Source: Chiloscyllium plagiosum (Eukaryota). From it: a stretch of 64,000 nt of DNA. This document shows, in pieces, positions 1 through 12,294 of the stretch. Each line of letters starts with the position of its first letter. Within the stretch, counting starts at the first letter, position 1. Both the position numbers and the translations under genes were made by a program. The stretch covers positions 62,001 through 126,000 of the forward strand of contig NW_025215376.1 of assembly GCF_004010195.1 (NCBI RefSeq), in the 5' to 3' direction. The notes under the pieces are model-generated. The model ran no database searches. It was not told where the DNA came from and saw only the letters and a program-made list of their open reading frames with translations.

Positions 1-292
1 CAAAACCTTGAAATTTCTTTTGCAATATCGATACCATTGTACAAATATCAAGACAGCGATTATACCAACAAATAAACAACAGCAAATCAAAACACAATGG
101 AATTCTACTTGAACTGGTGACAATTTAAAAGGATAGGCGACTCCCAACTCAGGTATACTGATGTAATGTATGAGTAATCAGGCACACCATAGATATTTGT
201 CGGCAATCTGTTCAGATGTGTTATGGAGCAGATGGAATAAGAACCAGGATTATCGAGCTGAGAGGTGAGGAACACTGTTTCTGTGTAATTTA

Positions 293-1086
293 CCAGGATG
301 CTTCCTGGACTGGAGGGCTTGCCTTATGAAGAGAGGTTGACTAAGCTTGGACTTTTCTCTCTGGAGAGAAGGAGGAAGAGGGGTGACCTGATCGAGGTAT
401 ACAAGATAATGAGAGATTACATTAGATTATACAAGATAATGAGAGATTACATTACAGTGTGGAAACAGGCCCTTCGGCCCAACAAGTCCACACCGACCCG
501 CCGAAGCGCAACCCACCCATACCCCTACATTTACCCCTTACCTAATACTACGGGCAATTTTGCATGGCCAATTCACCTGACCTGCACATCTTTGGACTGT
601 GGGAGGAAACCGGAGCACCCGGAGGAAACCCACGCAGACACAGGGAGAATGTGCAAACTCCACACAGTCAGTCGCCTGAGGCGGGAATTGAACCCGGGTC
701 TCAGGCGCTGTGAGGCAGCAGTGCTAACCACTGTGCCACCGTGCCGCCCACAATGGATGGATAGCGTCAATAGCCAGAGACTTTTCCCCAGGACAGGATT
801 GACTGGTACGAGGGGTCATAGTTTTAAGATATTAGGAGAAAGGTATACAGGGGACGTCAGAGGAAGGTTTTTTTTATGCAGGGAGTTGTGAATGCATGGA
901 ATGCGTGGCCAGCGGTGGTGGTGGAAGCGGAATCATTAGGGACATTTAAGCGACTGCTGTACATGCACATGAGTTGAGGGGTGTGTGGGTTATGTTATTT
1001 GATTTTACATTAGGATTAACCATCGGCACAACATCGTGGGCCAAAGGGCCTGTTCTGTGCTGTACTTTTCTATGTTCTATGTTCTA
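293..1086 (+). mobile_element. CR1/HER1 LINE 3' fragment interrupted by a SINE
   Basis: LFSLERRRKRGDLIEVYKIM RT C-terminus and a (tatgttc)n tail. Confidence 0.9.
445..750 (-). mobile_element. HE1-type SINE
   Basis: gggcggcacggtggcacagtggttagc tRNA-like head, box B ggttcaattccc and a CR1-derived tail. Confidence 0.92.
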
Positions 1087-1979
1087 ATGCCAAGCCATTG
1101 AATTCCCTCTATTTCATTGTTTTACGTCCGTTGATTCAGCATCTACTATTCACCAAAATTACATAATGAAATTATTAACCTTCAATAGAGGGAATTGTGA
1201 TGTTATTCTCAAACATTTTAAGCATTTAACTTTGATTTTTCATTACATTGAGGTATGTTATTATTTACAGGAAAACAGATGGAGATAAACACTGAAGTGA
1301 AGTTTGAGATGCCATGGGGTGAAATATTTATTCCATTTCATTTCATTTTATTTCATCTTACTCTATCAATGCATTAAAAATGATTTCTTTTTTTGCAAGA
1401 AAGTAGAACTACATAAAAGCAGGATCAATGATAAGAGGAAGGGAGTGAAAACTCGATGACTGTTACAAGGAATAGGGGATGACAATTTGAGATATTGTGG
1501 CTGTATTCAATTGAACATGTTGTGCTATTCTTTAAAAATCAAATGAAAGATATGCACAATTGAAGCATAAAGCTAATTTGCCAAAGTGTTTCGTCAAACA
1601 AGAATGTATCATAGATACAATATTATTTTGGATGAATTGAACATTTTATTTATATAGTGAGCGCAAATCAAGTGTTAGGATGGAAAGCAGGGCAGACTTG
1701 CACTTGGATAGACCATAATTACTTGCCAATATGGGGATAACATTTAGAGCACGATATTCTTTAAGATATTGATCACAACCTTCACTCTTGGAAGTTTACA
1801 GCAAGATATCTCAATGTTCAAATGTACAAAGAGACATTATTTACCCAAGTCATTATTCAATCATAATTGTAGCATGTCTTACGGAGGGTGATTGATAAAA
1901 AAATGTCTTGTACCAAAACAGAAAAAAAAATCGATAAAATGCACTAAATAAATGACATAAATGAGACTTGTTTCGATAT

Positions 1980-3256
1980 ACAAAGGGCAGGCAGGGACAA
2001 AGCAGAGAATAAGGTAGGACTGGTAAATTAAACTGCATTTATTTCAATGCAAGAGGCCTAACAGGGAAGGCAGATGAGCTCAGGGCATGGTTAGGAACAT
2101 GGGACTGGGATATCATAGCGATTACAGAAACATGGCTCAAGGATGGACAGGACTGGCTGCCCAATGTTCCAGGAAGGACAGAAAGGGAGGCAAGATTTTA
2201 GATTTAGATTCCCTACAGTGTGGAAACAGGCCCTTCGGCCCAACAAGTACACACCACCCCTCCAAAGAGTAACCCACCCAGACCCATTCCCCTCTGACTA
2301 AAGCACCTAACGCTATGGGCAATTTAGCAAGGCCCCAGAGGAAACCCACGCAGACACATTGTATTATAGTCTGGAGGACTGGAGGCCTGTGACCAATGGA
2401 GTGCCACAAGGATCAGTACTGTGTCCACTACTTTTCGTCTTTTATATAAATGATTTGCATGTGAGCATAATAGTCAGCAGGAAATTGAGAAACAAATTTG
2501 TAAGGAGATCTCAGTTATCTGTAGTATGGTACGTGATCTTAACTTTCCAAACATACACTCAATAAAGGAAAGCATACCAAACGCCTTCTTCACTATCCTA
2601 TCTACCTGCGACTCCACTTTCAAGGAGCTATGAACCTGTACTCCAAGGTCTCTTTGTTCAGCAACACTCCCTAGGACCTTGCCATTAAGTGTAAAAGTCC
2701 TGCTCTGATTTAATGCGGCACCTCACATTTATCTCAATTAAACTCCATCTGCCACTTCTCAGCCCATTGACCCATCTGATCAAGATCCTGTTGTAATCTG
2801 AGGTAACCTTCTTCGCTGTCCACTACACCTCCAATTTTGGCGTCATCTGCAAACTTACTAACTATACCTCTTATGCTCACATCCAAATCATTTATATAAA
2901 AGACGAAAAGTAGTGGACACAGCACTGATCCTTGTGGCACTCCATTGGTCACAGTCTGAAAAACAACCCTCCACCACCACCCTCTGTCTTCTACCTTTGA
3001 GCCAGTTCTGTATCCAAACAGCTAGTTCGCCCTGCATTTCATGAGATCTAACCTTGCTAAACAGTCCCATATTGAAGGCCATATCGTTCTCATCTACTGC
3101 TCTGCCCTCACCAATCCTCTTTGTTACCTCTTCAAAAAACTCAATCAAGTTTTTGAGACATGGTTGCTCACGTACAAAGCCATGTTGACTATCCCTAATC
3201 AGTCCCTGCCTTTCCAAATACATGTGCATCCTGTCCCCCAGGATTCCCTCTAACAA
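1980..3256. mobile_element. Jumbled CR1 fragments (endonuclease piece on +, RT piece on -) with a partial SINE
   Basis: CIYFNARGL...IIAITETW at ~2030-2140 (+). GVPQGSVL and SKFADD on the minus strand at 2570-3256. Confidence 0.85.
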
Positions 3257-3455
3257 CAATTGATATGATTTATTTACTTCTTTGAAACACCTTGATCAAA
3301 ATCATGATTTGCTAGATCAATCACAAAATAGAAAGAAAGGCAGAAAAGAAATTAATTTTAAAATAACATCCAAATCTGTAAGCTCAAACCTCTGATAATC
3401 TCAGTGAAGCTCCTTGAAGAGACTCACATTTAAATTAGAAATAAATTCATTGCGT

Positions 3456-3461
3456 TTTATT
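3456..3461 (-). terminator. Putative polyadenylation signal of paralogue 1
   Basis: AATAAA about 80 nt after the stop codon, in the same context as in paralogues 2 and 3. Confidence 0.6.
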
Positions 3462-3541
3462 GCACATGAAGCATGACATTTCATATGGATTTCTCTGTAT
3501 AATTCATCTAAAATAGAACAGTAACCTTGCAAAATATACTA

Positions 3542-4446
3542 TCATCTGCAGAAAATTGTAACTATTTGACTCATTGGGTATTTCACCATTTTCATGAGCT
3601 CCTGTCTGAATTTAGTCTGGGTCACTGCATAAATAAATGTATTTGTGCAGCAGCTCAAAAGCACAAGCATGTATCCAGTTTCTTGCAGGATATAAACAGG
3701 GTCATTGTAACCGGTGTAAGAATACGCATTAACGATTCTATAATACACATAATGAACGGCGAATGTCAACCATAAAAGCAGGAAATTGCCGGATATGCTG
3801 AAGAGTAAAACTATAGACTTTCTCCTGTTCTCCATCTCAGGGTCAGGATTGTTTTCAGACCTGGCATTGACACGTAGTGCCTTACGAGCTTTGCTCACCA
3901 TTATTATATGTCTCACGGTGAGAGCATTGAGGGCCAAAACAATTAGAAATGGGAGAAAAGGATTTGCGATGCGGCCAAAATAAGAAAATGCAAGCCACAG
4001 AGGTGAAGTATAAAAGCTTGACCTTATCCGACAATACCAAGGCGTATTGTTAATTATGTACAAAGGCTCATATACAAAGTACCAAGCAAGGTTCTTCAAA
4101 CAACTCAGGGAGAGCACCATCCCGAGGATCCATCCTGCAGTTTGCTTCTTGCAATATTGGCTTTTTAGTTTCTGACAGCAGATGGCTACAAAGCGATCAA
4201 AAGTAAATTTAACAGTAAACCATACAGAACAGTCTCTTGTTATATAAACTAGGGCACTTTTGATTCGACACAGTGGAGTAAGCAATAGATAATTTGTGGG
4301 AAAGTACATGCCAATGATCCGATTTAGTATAACGCTGGTGATAACAACTGAAAGGTCCGCTGTTGCCATAGCCACCAGGTAATAAGTGATGCAGCTGGAA
4401 AGACCACACTTGCCTTTGGCCAAGATCACAATTGCCACCATGTTGA
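3542..4446 (-). CDS. GPR139/GPR142-like class A GPCR, paralogue 1, coding exon 2 (end of TM1 to C-terminus)
   Basis: 299-aa ORF with hydrophobic helices and the motifs AMATADL (TM2), C3.25, TFDRFVAIC (DRY-like), FLPF (TM5) and NTFIY (TM7). Acceptor ...tttcacaacag|TC AAC ATG with AG at 4448-4447. The exon is 905 nt, as in the other two copies. Confidence 0.93.
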
Positions 4447-5727
4447 CTGTTGTGAAATGTAAACAGATAAGACACGATTAGTGAGATGGTTTGATAAAAT
4501 CGCAGTTTCCAAAACATATATGTTCATTTCAGAGCACTTATAATGCAACTCATTTTCCAGCAAGCAACTCATAAGAGTTCTCAAAAGCCTCAGAACATTC
4601 AATACGAAACACATTCTCTTCTATTTCTGCAATTCATGCCCCAAAAATAATGTGAACCCATTGTCTCGGCTTGTACTTTCACCTTGCATCAACAGATTTA
4701 GATTCCCAATGTTCTTGTCAAAGTTTACTCCTGAGTGCAGAGAAAGGTTACAGCACAGAAAATACTGTTTATGGACATTTGGACTTTCCTGACTGCCTTA
4801 GCTCTCCAAATGTGCACAACTTATTGATACTCCTCTGACTTTTCACCGTAACCTTGTGCATTTTGTCTTGATAAATAATCATGTAATGCTTTCTTGGATA
4901 TCTCATGGAACCTCCCTTCTCCAAGCGTCCAGGCAGCCTGTTCCAATACAATAAACTACAGCTTTGTGTGTTCTTGTGGAAGCTTCTTATTGCTAATTGT
5001 AGGATGCATTCCTCATATGCTAAAAGACAAACTGCTCATTAAAACTGATTGCAAATCTCTTATGTGAAATTGTGATGCTGAAACGTGTTCGAAAAAGTTT
5101 GCTAATTAATAAAAAAAACAGAGGTTTGTTTTTGCATCGTTTCTGAAAGCTATCAGGGAAATATCAGATTCAGAAATAAAATTGGTGTACAGCATATGAG
5201 TCATGAGCTGTAAAAGATTAGATTGTGCACAAATTATTTTAAATATTCAACTTCCACATAAATGAAATTTGTTAGAAAGGATACTGATTCAATTACCAAT
5301 AAGTCAGTAATTGCTGATTCAGTTAATGAATGATAAGTCAGGAAACTCATATCAACAAAGAGGAAGTATGATGCAGGTCTAACGACAGTATCTGCTGCTA
5401 ACATTGGGCAGCTGGAAGAGCTGAAATCAGGAAATTAGAATTGAGGTTACAGAAGATTTCTGGTACATGAAGATGCAAAACTAATCGAAAGCCTTTAGAG
5501 GTGTGCATTACCCATTCAAGTGAAACTAAGTCATTTGCAATGATTCTAAATGGACCTATTGCATAGGGTTGCAGTGTTTCTGAGTGTTAGAGTTACTTTT
5601 GAAGGTGTGTATTGTCACTTAAGTTAAAGTGAAATAAACATCTATAGTCTAATTGTCATTTCTCATGTGGCGAGCACAGATAGATTCAAAGATACCAGCA
5701 GAGACATTGAAATGAATGCTTTGTTTT

Positions 5728-6042
5728 TGATTAGATTAGATCCTCTACAGTATGGAAACAGGCCCTTCAGCTCAACAAGTCCACACCACCACTCTGGAGA
5801 GTAACTCATCCAGACCCATTCCCCTACATTCACCCCTGACTAATGCACCTAACACTATGGGCAATTTAGCATGGCCAATTCACCTGACTTGGACTGTGGG
5901 AGGAAACTGGAGCACCCGGAAGAAACCCACGCAGACACTGGGAGAATGTGCAATCTCCACACAGACAGTTGCCCGAGGCAGGAATCAAACCTAGCTTCCT
6001 GGTGCTGTGAGGCAGCAGTGCGAACCACTGAGCCACCACGTC
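5728..6042 (-). mobile_element. HE1-type SINE
   Basis: Same consensus. Confidence 0.88.
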
Positions 6043-6809
6043 CTTAAATTATACCCAAGAGCAATGAATAACTTTGAAGATGTTTTTTATATTAGTAATA
6101 TTATGGACTTTTCTTGGTAATTATTCATTGCTCAGAGAGCAGTTTTTCTTCATGGCCGCTTGTGACTTATAGACCAGATGAGGCATGAAGGATAGTTTTT
6201 TTTCCCAGAACTTTGATTAAAAACGGGACAACTAAGAGCTATTGTCAGTATGCCACTGTTTTATTCTGGACTTTTGAAAAATGGAGTTACAAGTTAAGCA
6301 GTTGTCATGTTAGATTCAAACCCCTTGCTTCCAACGCAGCTGCCGAGAGCTTTGGATCATGAAGCCAACGCCATTGCCACTACGCCAACACCTCGGCAGC
6401 TTTTCCTTCTCATTGTTGCACCGGATATGCATTGGAGGACTGAAAGACGCAGTGATGGTATTAAGCCTGAACTCGAAATTTGAAAAAGTCTCCTTATTCT
6501 CTTGGATGAAATCAATGACTTATCTTTGGGCAGCATTATATAGATCTTAAGATTACAATTAATCCCAGCAATTAGACAAGTCCACCAGTAAGACTGATGA
6601 TTTACACAGCAGAATTTAATTTGAACTGTAACTGTAACCATCTGCAAGAATATGGAACTCCCTTCTAGGTAACAGATGAGATGAGTGAATTAAAAGCAAA
6701 CATTGCTGGAAAATCTCAGTAGGCCTGGCTGCATCTGTGAAGAGAAACCAGAGTTAACCTTTTGGATTCATTGATGCTTCTTCATAGGATCAGAGTTAAA
6801 ACATCATCA

Positions 6810-9270
6810 ACTCATCAAGTCGTACAGCATGATAATAGGCCCTTTGGCCCATGCTGAACAAAATGTCCACTCACGCTAACACCATTCCCCTGCACTTAGC
6901 CAATATCCTTCAAATCCTTTCCTATCCATGCATTTGTCCAAATGACTTTTTAATGTGTTTAATGTCCCTGCCTCAATCACTTCTGCTGGCAGCTCATCCC
7001 ATATTCGTACCACCCTCTGCGTAAAAGAATCATTACCCCGCAGGGTCCTTGTTATTCTTTCCCTCTCAACTTCAACTAATGTCCTCTCGTCCTCGATTCC
7101 CCAGCCCTGGGAAAAAGACTGAGTGCATTCATATCAGTGACTCTCAAGATTCATAAACCCTCTGCAACATCCCCCCTCAAACTCCTACACTTAACAAGCT
7201 TCCTATAGCAAGGTCGCCAAAACTGAACGCAACATTCCAAGTGCAGTCTAACCAACGTCCCGTATAACTGCAACATAACTTCCCAACTTCAATACGCAAT
7301 GTCCCGACTGATGAAGACCAGTATGCCAAAAGCCTTCTTAACCTGTGACCCCACTATCAAAGAAACATAAACCTGAACTCCAAGGTCCCTCTGTTCCATT
7401 ACATTCCTTAAGGCCCTACCATTCACCATAAAACTCCTACCTTGATTTGACTTTCCAAAAATGTAATACCTCATACTTTTTCTTTATTAAACTTCATTTG
7501 CTATTTCTCAGCCCACTTCCCCAGCCTATCAAAGCCCTTCTGTAATTTTTGATAACGTTTCTCACTATTCGCGATACCACCTATGTTAGTGTCATCAGCA
7601 CACTATGTAATCCCACGTGGCACATTGTCATCCAAATCACTGATATAGATAACAAACAGCACAGGGCCCAGCACTGATCCCTGAGGCACTCCACTCATCA
7701 CAGACCTCCAGTCCGATAAGCACCCTTCCACTATTACCCTCTGCTTCCTACCATCAAGCCAATTGTGTATCCAGTTTACCAGCTCACCCTGGATTCCATG
7801 TGATTTAACCTTCCAGAGAGGCCTACCATGTGGAACCTTATCAAAGGCCTTACTGAAATCCACATAGACTACATCTACTGCCCTGCCCTTGTCAACCTTC
7901 CTTGTCACTTCATCAAAGAACTCTAAAAACATTGTGAGGCGTGATTTCCCACTCAGAAACCCATGCTGACTATTCCTAATCAAACCTTATCTTTCCAAAT
8001 GCATATATATCTTTTTCCTCAGAATCTTCTCAAGTCACTTACCCACCACAGGTGTTAAGCTTATTGGTCTATAGTTCCCAGGCCTTTCTTTGCAGCCCTT
8101 CTTGAATAATGTCACAACATTCGCTACCCTCCAGTATTCTGGGATCTCACTTGTGGCTAACGAGGATGCTACAATATCAGTCAGGGCCCTCACAATTTCT
8201 TCTCTAGTCTCTTGCAATGTTCTTGGATATATATGGGCGGCATGGTTAGCACTGCTGCCACACAGCGCCAGAGACCCGGGTTCAATTCCCGCCTCAGGCG
8301 ACTGACTGTGTGGAGTTTGCACGTTCTCCCCGTGTCTGCGTGGGTTTCCTCCAGGTGCTCCGGTTTCCTCCCAAGTCCAAAGATGTGCAGGTCAGATGAA
8401 TTGGCCATGCTAAATTGCCTGTAGTATTAGGTAAGGGGTAAATGTAGGGGAATGGGTGGGTTGCGCTTCGGCAGGTCGGTGTGGACTTGTTGGGCCGAAG
8501 GGCCTGTTTCCACACTGTAATCTAATCTAATCTGGACAGGACCAGGAGATTTCATACATTATAACACAAACAACACAACACCTCCTGTGCTGTGGTATGG
8601 ACTGTCCCCAAGATATCCTGACTAACTTCCCCAAGTTCCCAGGTTTTCATGTCTTCTTCCATGGCAAATGCAGTGGAGAAATATTCATTGAGAACCTCAT
8701 CCATCTTCTACGGTTCTACATAGACATGTCCATTTTAGTCCTTGATGGGCCCTATTGTCTCTCTAGTTATTCTATTTCCTTAACACATCTCTTTGGATTC
8801 ACCTAATTTTCTCAGCTAAGACTATCTCATGTCCCCTTTTTCACCCTCCTGATTTCCTTCTTTAGTAATCTCTTGTATTCCTGTATACCTTCAGGGATTC
8901 CCTTGATCCCAACTGCATGTACCTGAGCCATGCTGCCTTTTTTCTGTTCGAAGCCTCAATATCTCTTGCCATCCAGGCTTCCCTATTCATGCCATACATG
9001 CCCTTCGCCCTCACAGGAACATATAGATCTTGAACTCTAGCGATCTCACTTTTAAATGCCTCCCACTTGCCAGGTGTCCCTTTACCTGCAAACAAACTAT
9101 TCCGATCAACCCCCTCCAAAGTCTTGTCTAATTCCATCAAAATTCACTTTGCCCCAGTTTAGAACTTGAACCAGTGGAGCGGTTTTGTCCCTCTCCATAA
9201 CTAAATTAATAGATCTATGGTCATTGGCCCCAAAGTGTCACCCTCCCCCACTGTCACCTCCGTCACCTGC
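6810..9270 (-). mobile_element. CR1/HER1 LINE ORF2 remnant inside the paralogue 1 intron
   Basis: [26 protein letters not shown] and [10 protein letters not shown] motifs. Confidence 0.92.
8234..8533 (+). mobile_element. HE1-type SINE nested in CR1
   Basis: Same consensus with a (tctaa)n tail. Confidence 0.92.
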
Positions 9271-9305
9271 CCTGCTTATTCTGAAGAAGGGTCACTGCAC
9301 GCAAG

Positions 9306-9600
9306 GGGTGGCACAGTGGCTCAGCGGGTTAGCACTGCTGCCTCACAGCACCGGGGTCCCAGGTTCGATTCCAGCCTTGTGTGACTCTCTGTGTGGAGTT
9401 TGTACATTCTCCCCGTGTCTGTGCAGGGTTTGCTCCCACAGTCCAAAGATGTGCTGGTCAGGTGAATTGGCCATACTAAGTTGCCCATAGTGTTAGGTGC
9501 ATTAATCAGAGGGAAATGGGTCTGGGTAGGTAACTCTTCAGAGGGTCGGTGTGAACTGGTTGGGCCGAAGGGCCTGTTTCCACACTGTAGGGAATCTAAT
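9306..9600 (+). mobile_element. HE1-type SINE
   Basis: Same consensus. Confidence 0.88.
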
Positions 9601-10131
9601 ATAGTATTTGCTCCAGTTTCTCTCCACAGGTGCTGCCACACCCGTTGAGATTTTCCAGCAATTTTTGCTTTTGTTTCAGATTTCCAGAGTTTGAAATGGA
9701 TGAATAACTGGACTTGTTCTAGATATCTTTTAGCTGCCCTGTTCGGATGAGGTATAGTTGGAATAAGAACCAGGCAGAAAGGTGAAGAGCACTGTCATTG
9801 TACAACATAACCTTTGGTTTCGTGTTTTGTTTTTGGTTTAACTGCCTTGCTTCAGAACCTACTATCGGCTAAACTTCTACAAGGAAAACATTAATCTTCA
9901 ATTGATTAGACTATCAAGTTAATCACAGCCTGGGAAGCATTTCCTTTAGCACTACATTGAGATACGTTATCATGATTTGCATGAAAATAGAAAAGGGAGA
10001 AGCACAGAAACAGAGTTTGACATCCTGTGGTCGAATATTTGTTCATATACAATATGTCTTAACTATTTCACTTTGCTTCACCAGCACACTAAATATAGGT
10101 TTTTCAAAAAAGAAATAAAGTAGAAGACAGA

Positions 10132-10438
10132 AATAGATAGATTACCTACAGTGTGGAAACAGGCCCTTCAGCCCAACAAGTCCACACCGACCCGCTGAAG
10201 CACAGCCCACCCATTCCCCTACTCCTAACACTACGGGCAATTTAGCGTGGCCAATTCACCCTGACCTGCACATTTTCTTTTGGACTGTGGGAGGAAATTG
10301 GAGCACCCGAAGGAAACCCACGCAGACACGGGGAGAATGTGCAAACTCCACGCGGTCAGTCGCCTGAGGTGGGAATTGAACTCAGGACTCTGGCGCTGTA
10401 AGGCAGCAGTACTAACCACTGTACCACCATGCTGCCCA
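10132..10438 (-). mobile_element. HE1-type SINE
   Basis: Same consensus. Confidence 0.9.
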
Positions 10439-10504
10439 CTATAGGATCAATAACAGGCGACAGAGAATGGAAACTAGACAATTGATGCAAACAGTTGAGA
10501 GACA

Positions 10505-10797
10505 TCCATCCCACCCTGGCAATATTTTTCTACAGCCTCTACCATCGGGGAGAAGGTACAGAAATCTGGACACATGCACCAGCCGGTTTCAAAACAGTTT
10601 CTACCCTACTGCTGTTAGAATACTGAATAGACTCATAAACTCTTAACATTCGTCTGTACCTGTGTTTTTGTTTTTGCCGCTGTTTACCCATTATTTACTT
10701 ATCTATGCTACTTAACTCTGTGATCTGCCTGTATTGCTCACAGGACAAAGGTTTCCACTGTGCCATGGTACACATGACAGTAAATAAATTCAATTCA
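10505..10797 (+). mobile_element. LINE 3' end, probably Rex1/Babar type
   Basis: LPSGRRYRNL...SRFQNSFYPTAVRILN followed by an AT-rich (aattc)n tail. Confidence 0.6.
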
Positions 10798-11147
10798 ACG
10801 CAGGAGAAATGTGAATCCATGGCTGTATACAATGAAAGGATGTTTTGATATTATTTAAAAAAATAAAAGGCAAACACGATTGAACTGAAAAACTAATCTA
10901 CTAATATGCACTAATATAGAGATAATAATATTTTAGATTAATGGCAGATTTTGTTTACACAATGGTCGCAAATATCATGTTCGAATGGAAAACAGGGTAA
11001 TGATGTCCTTGGATGGACCACAAAGCTCACTGACACGGGGAGAATGTTCAGAAAGCAGTATTCTTTATCTCTCGACACGTGGTCATGGATCATGATCTGC
11101 ACCCTTTGGAAGTTTAAATCACAACTCTTACGAAGTCATAAATCTTG

Positions 11148-11575
11148 TCTTGCGAAGGGAGGTTGACTAAGCTAGGACTTTTCTCTCTGGAGAGAAGGAG
11201 GAAGAGAGGTGACCTGATCGAGGTATTCAAGGTAATGAGAGGCATGGATGGAGTCAATAGCCAGAGACGTTTCCCCAGGGCAGGATTGACTGGCACAAGG
11301 GGTCATAGTTTTAAGACATTAGGAGTGAGGTATAGCAGGCACCTCAGAGGTAGGTTCTTTATGCAGGGAGTTGTGAATGCATGGAATGTGTTGCCAGCGA
11401 TGGTGGTAGAAGCAGAGTCATTGGGGACATTTAAGCAACTACTGAACATGCACAAGGAGAGCTGTGAAACGAGGGGTGCGTGGGTTAGGTTATTTTATTT
11501 TAGATTAGGAATACTCCTCGGCACAACATCGTGGGCCGAAGGGCCTGTTCTGTGCTGTACTTTTCAATGTTCTAA
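11148..11575 (+). mobile_element. CR1/HER1 3' fragment
   Basis: Closely related to 293-1086. Confidence 0.9.
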
Positions 11576-11812
11576 GATATATATATATTCAAATTTACAA
11601 TGAAATACTGCTCACACGAATCATCTCTCAGTGATTGAACTATGTTTTATGGAAGACAATTCCACTGAAGCAGAAAATAGAACTAAGTGAATAAAACATA
11701 TCAAGTTGTTAATATAAATAGCACGGTTTAGTAGCCTTGATTTTGTGACCATTTTGTCAGCACTTTAACCCCAGGCAGAAAGTACAATGAGCTCGTAACA
11801 CACAACTCTTAC

Positions 11813-11882
11813 CTGGGATACCCACAGCAGCAAGGATTGGATAGTAAATTGCATACAGCAGACCAGATGGTGGTTCATGCAT
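11813..11882 (-). CDS. GPCR paralogue 1, coding exon 1 (MHEPPSGLLYAIYYPILAAVGIP)
   Basis: 70 nt from ATG to CCA G|gtaaga. The phase-1 donor joins exon 2 as G+TC = Val, giving GIPVNMVAI and a 324-aa protein. Intron 4447-11812. Confidence 0.88.
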
Positions 11883-12294
11883 ATTCAGTCTGAAATGATA
11901 ATCTCTCAGCAACTGCAAAACGATATTGATGCGGATTCCCCATATAGAACATATAACCCCCCCCAGGAATACTATTTTATGACATCATCACCATTCAATC
12001 TTCAGAATAATTGAGCAACTTGCTTTCATCTCATTCTCCCAACTAGGTTTCCTCAGTGCCTTCAATCAAGGAAAGGAAGAAAAAGCACAAATCCCTGATT
12101 CGTTATGATTCAAATTAATAAAATCAAACTGTGCAGTAATCAATGGTTTTCTTAGCAAATGGAGCAATATGTTTCTGTTGAGAAGAACAGTCTCTTTTTC
12201 TACACATTTTATCCTCGTGTTCCCGTAGCTCTCAAAAATTTCAACCATTCGAGTGTGTAGTCCGTGCTGTTTCTCTATAGCCACTCAGTGTTGA

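Noticed and set aside
399..454. Short direct repeat atacaagataatgagagattacatta
   Set aside because: Local duplication at a SINE tail junction; not CRISPR-like or functional.
298..891. 197-aa ORF
   Set aside because: Chance read-through of a CR1 RT tail and an antisense SINE; not a host gene.
3542..4446. Assigning the symbol GPR139
   Set aside because: Similarity is family-level only and there are several paralogues; orthology needs a phylogeny.
6690..6790. Other ctgaagaag...gaaa-like relics (also ~9280 and ~50515)
   Set aside because: Probably older Penelope pLTRs, but the cores are too degenerate to call as ribozymes.
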